Assembly (NCBI GenBank): GCA_016705065.1
Contig: JADIYY010000002.1
Location: 149,545 to 213,544 of the forward strand
Length of the DNA: 64,000 nucleotides
From: Candidatus Aalborgiella aggregata
GTDB taxonomy: Bacteria; Pseudomonadota; Gammaproteobacteria; Burkholderiales; Burkholderiaceae_C
Direction of reading: 5' to 3'
Position 1 is the stretch's first letter. Every line of letters starts with the position of its first letter. The translations under genes and the position numbers were made by a program. The notes under the pieces are model-generated. The model saw only the letters and a list, made by a program, of their open reading frames with translations. It did not search any database and was not told the origin of the DNA. Positions 57,392 to 64,000 of the stretch are shown one piece after another.

Positions 57392-57455
57392 TGCTATAAA
57401 TTTAATAGCGCATTAGGCAATTAATACGCCGCCTACAGCCTAATTTTATCATTAT
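57392..57455 (+). repeat. Dispersed hairpin repeat, copy G (convergent spacer after the hypothetical gene)
   Basis: tgctataaatttaatagcgcattaggcaattaatacgccgcctacagcctaattttatcattatttt. Confidence 0.85.
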
Positions 57456-57697
57456 TTTGGCTCAGCCTCTTTGCGAGCGGTAGCAGCCGCATCCATCGCA
57501 GCTTCCACTTGGTTTTTCAATTGCCCAGTGGCATTGCTGGCATTGGCATCAATGTCCTGGGTTCGACTCACCCCCGTAAAAGTGGGGTCATTCAATTTCT
57601 TTTTGACGGAGGTAAAACTCTCTAGCTGCGTTTTTGCCAAATACGCCATCACAGCAATGGCCACCATGAACAGCAAAAATCGTGATACACCGCGCAT
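57452..57697 (-). CDS. small membrane-anchored hypothetical protein (81 aa)
   Basis: N-terminal TM segment (RFLLFMVAIAVMAYLA) and a hydrophilic tail. Coding status is supported only by ORF length and position. Confidence 0.45.
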   Translation of the reverse strand: MRGVSRFLLFMVAIAVMAYLAKTQLESFTSVKKKLNDPTFTGVSRTQDIDANASNATGQLKNQVEAAMDAAATARKEAEPK

Positions 57698-57727
57698 GAT
57701 TCACCTCCCTGCTTTTCAATTAACACT

Positions 57728-58345
57728 TTATTGTATGAGCCCCAACTTCTCCATCCAAACCGCCAAGGCTTGTTCATTTTCAGTTCCCGCTGCGTACATC
57801 TTGTGCATGGCCTGATGCGCTTCGGTGCGGTGCTGGTTGATTTTAATTTTGCATTGCAAATCCAGCACTTTGAGCTCAAAGCCGACAATACCTGCCAACA
57901 TGCGTTGCTGAAACTTGATGTCCAAATCGCGCCACTGTTTAGCATAGCTTGGTTCATGGTCGCCAATTAATTTTTTCAGCAAGCGGTCTTTTGCCAACTC
58001 ATCCTCAATCAGCGTGGCTTCAACGGTGCAATGCACTGCCAAGTAATTCCAAGTCGGCACACGCGCCAAATCGGGGTACACCTGCGGTGACAGGTAGGCG
58101 TGTGGTCCCAAAAACGTCACTACAGCATTTGGCCTTGTTTGCAAATACTGCCAATGTGGATTTGGTTTGGCGCAGTGGCCCAGCAGCACCATTTGTTCAC
58201 CCTGCATTTCAACATGCAAGGGCAAATGCGTCACATACGGCAAATCTGCATCATCCACACTGATGAGCGATGCAAATGGATGCGCACGCATGATCTGCAG
58301 CGCTTGCGCGCGGTCTTTAGATTGAAACTGAGGTGGCTGGTACAT
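57728..58345 (-). CDS. paiB: FMN-binding negative transcriptional regulator (PaiB family)
   Basis: MYQPPQFQSKDRAQALQIMRAHPFASLIS is the typical PaiB N-terminus. Length is 205 aa. Confidence 0.85.
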   Translation of the reverse strand: MYQPPQFQSKDRAQALQIMRAHPFASLISVDDADLPYVTHLPLHVEMQGEQMVLLGHCAKPNPHWQYLQTRPNAVVTFLGPHAYLSPQVYPDLARVPTWNYLAVHCTVEATLIEDELAKDRLLKKLIGDHEPSYAKQWRDLDIKFQQRMLAGIVGFELKVLDLQCKIKINQHRTEAHQAMHKMYAAGTENEQALAVWMEKLGLIQ

Positions 58346-58452
58346 ATTGAGGGCAGAAGTCGTGGTGCACGTGTGGGAATATTACCCTGAAATTCGATCC
58401 ACAACATGCATGGTATATCCTTAGCTAGTGTCATCAATAATGAAAGAACAAA

Positions 58453-58959
58453 ATGAGTGAACAACTAGAGACGGCCATTTTGGCCGGTGGTTGCTTTTGG
58501 GGCATGCAAGATCTAATCCGCAAAATGCCTGGCGTGGTCAGCACACGCGTGGGTTACAGCGGCGGCGATGTGGCCCATGCCACTTACCGCAACCATGGCA
58601 CGCATGCCGAGGCGATTGAAATTGTTTTCAAGTCCAGCGTTTTGAGCTTTCGCGAACTTTTGGAATTTTTCTTCCAAATCCACGACCCATCCACACCCAA
58701 CCGCCAAGGCAACGACAGGGGTGCTTCCTACCGCTCCGGCATTTACTACTCAAGCGACGCACAAAAACAAACGGCCTTGCAAACCATTGCCGAAGTCAAC
58801 GCCTCTGGTATTTGGCCCGGCACAGTGGTGACCGAGCTGGCACCCGCAGGCGCATTTTGGCAAGCCGAACCAGAGCATCAAGATTATTTAGAACACTACC
58901 CTGGTGGCTACACCTGCCACTATGTGCGACCCAATTGGCGCTTGCCTCGCTCTGTATAA
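58453..58959 (+). CDS. msrA: peptide-methionine (S)-S-oxide reductase
   Basis: GGCFWG active-site motif and VGYSGG. Length is 168 aa. Confidence 0.95.
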   Translation: MSEQLETAILAGGCFWGMQDLIRKMPGVVSTRVGYSGGDVAHATYRNHGTHAEAIEIVFKSSVLSFRELLEFFFQIHDPSTPNRQGNDRGASYRSGIYYSSDAQKQTALQTIAEVNASGIWPGTVVTELAPAGAFWQAEPEHQDYLEHYPGGYTCHYVRPNWRLPRSV

Positions 58960-58977
58960 AACAAAAGGTAAGCACCC

Positions 58978-60504
58978 TTGAACATCAACTTTGACAACAG
59001 TTACGCACGTGATTTGACGGGCATGTATGCGGATTGGAAATTGACGGCAGCACCGCAACCACAATTGGTTTGGTTGAATGAATCTTTGGCTGTATCTCTA
59101 GGGCTTCACATTGCCGATCTGCATTCGACTGCTGGGCTGGCCATGTTGTCGGCCAGCCAGGCACCAGCAGGGGCACAACCCATTGCGCAAGCCTATGCGG
59201 GGCATCAATTCGGCCACTTTTCACCGCAACTGGGTGATGGGCGCGCACTCTTATTGGGTGAAGTGATTGATACGCATGGACAGCGTCAAGACATTGCATT
59301 CAAAGGCTCCGGCCGCACACCGTTTTCACGCGGTGGCGATGGCAAAGCCACACTCAGCTCGGTGTTGCGCGAAGTATTGGTCAGCGAATGCATGCATGCT
59401 TTGGGTGTGCCCAGCACACGCGCGTTGGCAGCCGTGGCCACGGGTGAACACATTCGGCGAGAAGGCATGCAGCCTGCAGGCGTGTTGACACGCGTAGCCG
59501 CCAGCCATTTGCGTGTGGGCACGTTTGAATTTTTTGCCGCCCGTGGTGATAACGATGCATTGCGCCGTTTGGTTGATTACGCCATCGCGCGCCATTACCC
59601 CATTGAAGACGAGCAAACCACGCCTGTAGCAAACAAAGCCCTCTATCTGTTAGAGCAAGTCATCAACAAACAAGCCAAGCTCATCGCGCAGTGGATGGGT
59701 TTTGGGTTCATCCACGGTGTGATGAACACCGACAACATGAGCATCAGTGGCGAAACCATCGACTACGGCCCCTGCGCCTTCATGGAAGCCTACAACCCGC
59801 AAACCGTGTTCAGCTCCATCGACGCCCAAGGGCGCTATGCCTACGCGAATCAACCCGCCATTGCCAAATGGAACCTCAGTCGATTTGCATCGGCATTGTT
59901 ACCGCTCATCCATGAAGATGATGACCAAGCTTCCACGCTGGCCTTGGATGCGTTAAGCGAGTTTGATGCAAGCTATGCCAATGCCAGTTTGGCTGTTTGG
60001 CGTTCCAAACTAGGCTTGCAAACAACGAATGCCGCAGACCAACATACCAATGATGACCATCAACTCGCGCTTGATTTTTTACAACTGCTGCAAGACCAAA
60101 GCATTGACTTCACCCAAGGCTGGCGATGTTTGGTCGATGTTTTAGTGGCTGATATTGAATCTGAAACTGCACAACCCAAATCAAACAGTTTCGCAACTTT
60201 GTTTTCAAATACCGAAAACGCCAACAACTGGTTCGCCCTTTGGCAGCAACGTTTGCAACAACATACAGTGGCTCGCCATGAACAGCTTGCCATCATGCAA
60301 CGCGCCAACCCCATTTACATTGCCCGCAACCACTTGGTTGAAGAGGCTCTCTACAATGCCACCACGCACAACGATTGGACAGCGTTCAAGCAATTGCTGG
60401 CAGCTATTCAACAGCCATCTGAAATTGGTGAACACGACATCAAACTGGCCAGTCCAGCACCTTTAGAGGTCACCGCTTTCTACAAAACGTTTTGCGGGAC
60501 TTGA
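58978..60504 (+). CDS. selO: protein adenylyltransferase SelO (YdiU family)
   Basis: Motifs YAGHQFGHFSPQLGDGRALLLGE and HGVMNTDNMSISGETIDYGP. TTG start. Confidence 0.92.
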   Translation: MNINFDNSYARDLTGMYADWKLTAAPQPQLVWLNESLAVSLGLHIADLHSTAGLAMLSASQAPAGAQPIAQAYAGHQFGHFSPQLGDGRALLLGEVIDTHGQRQDIAFKGSGRTPFSRGGDGKATLSSVLREVLVSECMHALGVPSTRALAAVATGEHIRREGMQPAGVLTRVAASHLRVGTFEFFAARGDNDALRRLVDYAIARHYPIEDEQTTPVANKALYLLEQVINKQAKLIAQWMGFGFIHGVMNTDNMSISGETIDYGPCAFMEAYNPQTVFSSIDAQGRYAYANQPAIAKWNLSRFASALLPLIHEDDDQASTLALDALSEFDASYANASLAVWRSKLGLQTTNAADQHTNDDHQLALDFLQLLQDQSIDFTQGWRCLVDVLVADIESETAQPKSNSFATLFSNTENANNWFALWQQRLQQHTVARHEQLAIMQRANPIYIARNHLVEEALYNATTHNDWTAFKQLLAAIQQPSEIGEHDIKLASPAPLEVTAFYKTFCGT

Positions 60505-61936
60505 TCATGTCGCCGGAAGTTGGAGTGTTGCGCTAACCCCGCCTGTATCAAGCCTTTTCAAGATTAACTGCCCACCATATAGACTGGCTAACTCTTGGGT
60601 AATTGCCAGCCCCAATCCAGTGCCTGGCACAGACTCGTCCAACCGGACACCTCTTCTCATGACTGCTGTTACTTGCTTATCGTCGATGCCCAATCCATCG
60701 TCCATGATGGTCACTAGGAATTCAGGCGGTTGAATATTCGGAATCAGATCAACCGTTACCTTGATGCGGGATTGCGCCCATTTGCAGGCGTTGTCTAAGA
60801 GGTTTCCCAGCATTTCTTGCAGATCCATCTCCTCTCCTGCAAAGTACAGAGGTAAATCTGGTATTTTTGTCTCTATCGAAATTTCTCGAGTCGCATGCAC
60901 ACGCTCCATGACGCGAACCAGACCCGCCAATACAATGGCCACATCGGTTCTTTGTCCTGGAAGCCGTTGCGTCGCTGACACGTGCCCGCGCCAAATGCCA
61001 GTCGATATGGCGACGCGCCGAAATCACTTGTTCTTGCACCTGCCGTGCCAGTTCACTGGTATTTTTTTTCAGCTCTAGGGAAGCCGCTTGATCAAGTACC
61101 GACAATGGCGTTTTGAGTGCATGAGCCAAATTACCCGCCTGAGTGCGCGCACGCTCAAACCTGGTGATTCTGCTCTAACACGCGATTGAAATCGTCAACA
61201 AGTGGCTGCACTTCAGTGGGAAACGCACCCAGAAGACGTGTTGATTTTGCTTGCTGTACTTGCTTCAGACTATGCTGCAGTTGCCGCAGTGGTTTAAGAC
61301 CCACAGCGACTTGCGCCCAAGCAGCCAACACTAAGAGAAAGAACAAAACGGCTAAAGAAACTACCAATACATTCGTAAAACGTTGCACTGCATCGCGCGT
61401 ATCCTTTAAATCCCCGCAACAATCAATCTCCAGCTAGCTGTGGACTGCTCTACCGTACGAACAGTGCGCTCCAAGAGCAACAGCGTGCTGTCTTGAGGTC
61501 CTAGAATCTCGTGTACATGCAAGGCGCCATCGGTTAATGAATCGGTATTCAATTGCAAATTACTGTCCCACAGCGAACGAGATCGCAGCACGCCCGTTCG
61601 CGACAGGCCATCCAAGGAGATTTCATCAATTTGCCAATAGAGTCCAGAGTAAACGTGTTGCCATCGGGGATCGGAAAGAGATTGCGGGTTAATTACTGGA
61701 CGGCCTGCTGAATCAAACTCAAGTTTAGCGATGAGCTGATCAAGCTGTTGTGTAAGACCGGTCTGAAATTGGGTTTGCACATGCTCTTTAAACAAACCTC
61801 CTAATACGAAACCAGCCAATATGAGGGCAACCAGCGATGCAGAAATCGTGCCGACTAAAAGACGAATTTGCAGCGACTGAAATATGCGCCACGGGCTATT
61901 TTTGTGATCTTCGGTGACTGGGTGCATGCGTATCAC
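60505..61936 (-). pseudogene. Two-component sensor histidine kinase (periplasmic sensor-HAMP-HisKA-HATPase), broken into four ORFs by three frameshifts
   Basis: ORF 61406-61936 holds TM1 and the sensor domain. ORF 61155-61388 holds TM2 and HAMP. ORF 60749-61129 holds the HisKA H-box LAHALKTPL. ORF 60505-60981 holds the HATPase N/G boxes (LLDNACKW, GTGLGLAI). The frame switches sit at homopolymers 61412-61415, 61157-61159 and 60985-60987. Confidence 0.85.
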
Positions 61937-62592
61937 ACTGGGCCGAGACGATAGCCCTGCCCACGAACTGTTTCAATCAATTCAGCAGGCAGCTTTTTCC
62001 TTAATCGCCCAATGAAAACCTCAACGGTATTCGAGTCACGATCATAGTCCTGTGCATAAATATGCTCGATGATTTCTGTTCTCGAGACCACGCTTCCTAT
62101 TCGATGCATTAAGTATTCCAGCACCTTGTATTCATGGCTGGTCAGCACCACTGACTGACCGTCAAGCGTGACACGACTGGTTCTCGTATCAAGTGTGAGC
62201 GAACCGCATTGCAACACCGCAGAAGCCAGTCCGCTTGATCGCCGAATCAATGCACGCAAACGAGCCAGTAATTCTTCAGTGTGAAATGGCTTTGTGAGGT
62301 AATCATCAGCACCAGCGTCAATGCCCGCAACTTTTTCGTTCCAGTTATCGCGGGCAGTCAAAATCAACACGGGCATCATTCGCCCACTGCTACGCCATCG
62401 TTTCAAAACGGTGAGACCATCTAAAACAGGCAAACCCAAATCGAGAACGACGGCATCAAATGGTTCCGTGTCACCTAAAAAATGTGCATCTAAACCATTG
62501 TCAATTTCGTCCACAGCATAGCCTGCATGTTTCAGGCTGTCACTCAGCTGGGCACGCAAACTCGGTTCATCTTCTACCAGCAGAACTCTCAT
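61933..62592 (-). CDS. OmpR-family response regulator
   Basis: Receiver domain (MRVLLVEDE...VVLDLGLP...LTAR...KPF) plus a winged-helix output domain (VEVFIGRLRKK...TVRGQGYRL). 4-bp overlap with the kinase start. Confidence 0.92.
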   Translation of the reverse strand: MRVLLVEDEPSLRAQLSDSLKHAGYAVDEIDNGLDAHFLGDTEPFDAVVLDLGLPVLDGLTVLKRWRSSGRMMPVLILTARDNWNEKVAGIDAGADDYLTKPFHTEELLARLRALIRRSSGLASAVLQCGSLTLDTRTSRVTLDGQSVVLTSHEYKVLEYLMHRIGSVVSRTEIIEHIYAQDYDRDSNTVEVFIGRLRKKLPAELIETVRGQGYRLGPV

Positions 62593-62606
62593 ATTAATAA
62601 AACATA

Positions 62607-62996
62607 TTAACGGGAACTCTCAATCTTACGCCGTTCAGGTACGTCGCGATTCTTGCGTTCGATTAATTCAGCAGTTTTTGCGTCCAACATCAATTTGATC
62701 AACTGGCCATCAGCACGCAACAACTTCACTTTGTAAATCCAGAGCGCATCCTTTTGTTCAAGCTCTACTTCCAATACTTTACCTGGTTGTTTTCGCTCCA
62801 AACTTTCCAGCACGGTGCGTAGTGGAAGAATTTGACCAGACTGCAAAGCTTTCTTGGCACGTTCATGGTCATCACTGTCACTGGCCCAGGCTGCGGTGGT
62901 GATAAGGGCACTCACTGTCATTACCGTAATCGCAATCAATTTAGTGATTGGCATTGGCGATTTGACATACCCATGAAGTAAAGAATGTTTGGTCAT
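62607..62996 (-). CDS. PepSY domain-containing secreted protein
   Basis: Signal peptide or TM segment, then ILPLRTVLESLERKQPGKVLEVELEQKDALWIYKVKLLRADGQLIKLMLDAKTAELI. It is the first gene of the operon with the regulator and kinase. Confidence 0.8.
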   Translation of the reverse strand: MTKHSLLHGYVKSPMPITKLIAITVMTVSALITTAAWASDSDDHERAKKALQSGQILPLRTVLESLERKQPGKVLEVELEQKDALWIYKVKLLRADGQLIKLMLDAKTAELIERKNRDVPERRKIESSR

Positions 62997-63122
62997 GTTT
63001 GCATTTTAGGTCTCGCTTTCTGAACGACAGATGAATGACATCTTCAGCATGGGTTCAATCTGTGCCATCAACAATACAGCCATACCAGATTTACTTTTCA
63101 TCAACCACAAGAGCCATCAACC

Positions 63123-63542
63123 ATGAATACACTTAAAAAGTCCATCCTCACAGCTTCCATCTTCATCAATGCAACGATAAGCATCTTGTTGCATGGCAAC
63201 GCGCAAGCTGCTGATACTTCTGCCACCGCTCAACTTCAACAATGGAGCGTACAGGCAGGTACACCGGGCAATGCCGTCAAAGGTCAGGCATTTTTTAATA
63301 CCAAACAAGGCAATGATTTGTCATGTGCGTCCTGCCATAGCACACCTCCCATCAAAGATGGCAAACACGTCAGTACAGGGAAATTAATTCCTCCCTTGGC
63401 GCCTGCCTTCAACACCAAATCATTTACCGATACCGCTACGGTAGAGAAATGGTTTCGCCGCAACTGCAAAGATGTACTCAGCCGCGAGTGCAACCCCTCC
63501 GAAAAGGCGGATGTACTGGCATACCTCATCAATCTTAAATAA
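63123..63542 (+). CDS. DUF1924-type monohaem c-type cytochrome-like protein
   Basis: Signal peptide, a single CASCH haem-binding motif, and the conserved tail VEKWFRRNCKDVLSRECNPSEKADVLAYL. Confidence 0.8.
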   Translation: MNTLKKSILTASIFINATISILLHGNAQAADTSATAQLQQWSVQAGTPGNAVKGQAFFNTKQGNDLSCASCHSTPPIKDGKHVSTGKLIPPLAPAFNTKSFTDTATVEKWFRRNCKDVLSRECNPSEKADVLAYLINLK

Positions 63543-64000
63543 TGAAAGTAACATTTAAGATGACAAACACCATCGGTTCACACAACAAACTTGGCGCTCT
63601 CGCTTTCATCGCAACGCTGGGCATGATCTTTTCTTCCACCGCATTCGCTGATAGTGGCTCCAAGTTACCAATTAACACGCCAAAAGCGTATACCCAAGAA
63701 TGCACAGCCTGCCATGTTGCTTATCCACCTGGCATGTTACCCAAGCAATCTTGGCAACGCATCATGGCAGGGCTAGACAAACACTATGGAACAGATGCAA
63801 GTCTAGACGATGCTACCGTGAAGCAATTGAGCACATGGCTTGAGACCCAAAGTGGCACTTACAAGCGCGTGGCTGAAGTTCCGCCAAATGACCGCATCAC
63901 GCAATCTGCTTGGTTTATCCGAAAGCACAAAGAGATAACACCGAGTGTGTGGAAGCTACCCAGCGTCAAGAGCGAAGCCAACTGCGCTGCGTGTCACAGC
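63542..64000 (+). CDS. dihaem cytochrome c (DHC family), 3'-truncated by window edge
   Basis: Absent from the ORF track because there is no stop codon in the window. My translation from ATG 63542 (TAATG overlap with the upstream stop) reads MKVTFKMTNTIG...ECTACHVAYPPGMLPKQSWQRIMAGLDKHYGTDASLDD...ANCAACHS, which has two CxxCH motifs. Confidence 0.8.
   Translation, partial: MKVTFKMTNTIGSHNKLGALAFIATLGMIFSSTAFADSGSKLPINTPKAYTQECTACHVAYPPGMLPKQSWQRIMAGLDKHYGTDASLDDATVKQLSTWLETQSGTYKRVAEVPPNDRITQSAWFIRKHKEITPSVWKLPSVKSEANCAACHS

Overview
This 64-kb window is a chromosomal core region. Its gene content and synteny look betaproteobacterial and Burkholderiales-like (inference): smc-zipA-ligA-def, hemC-hemD-hemX-hemY divergent from ppc, dapC-dapD-pilU-dapE-prmB, recA-recX, surE-pcm-nlpD, map-glnD. 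Nearly all of it is housekeeping or metabolic genes: TRAP and YejBEF transporters, ilvD, miaA, acs, scoAB, a Pat-like acetyltransferase, msrA and selO. I saw no rRNA, tRNA, CRISPR array, transposase or integrase.

Four things stand out.

1. A short (~65 bp) hairpin-bearing dispersed repeat occurs at least 11 times. Five copies lie in frame inside conserved genes (yejF, miaA, prmB, comEC, hemD). Two more supply the apparent ATG of glnD and recX. This resembles Rickettsia palindromic elements, but I do not recognise the family.

2. Two long, extreme poly-G/poly-C low-complexity tracts (~750 bp and ~985 bp, one with about 105 uninterrupted G) fill the glnD/def and smc/dapC intergenic spaces. They are most likely assembly or sequencing artefacts. 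They generate spurious Pro/Gly-rich ORFs and a false N-terminal extension of dapC.

3. Five reading-frame breaks affect three genes: comEC, hemD, and a sensor kinase with three breaks. Four of the five fall at 3-4 nt homopolymers.

4. A two-gene sugar-epimerase plus unknown-protein cassette is bracketed by direct copies of the repeat and uses atypical codons.

The right edge carries a PepSY / response regulator / decayed kinase unit, divergent from DUF1924 and dihaem cytochrome c genes.
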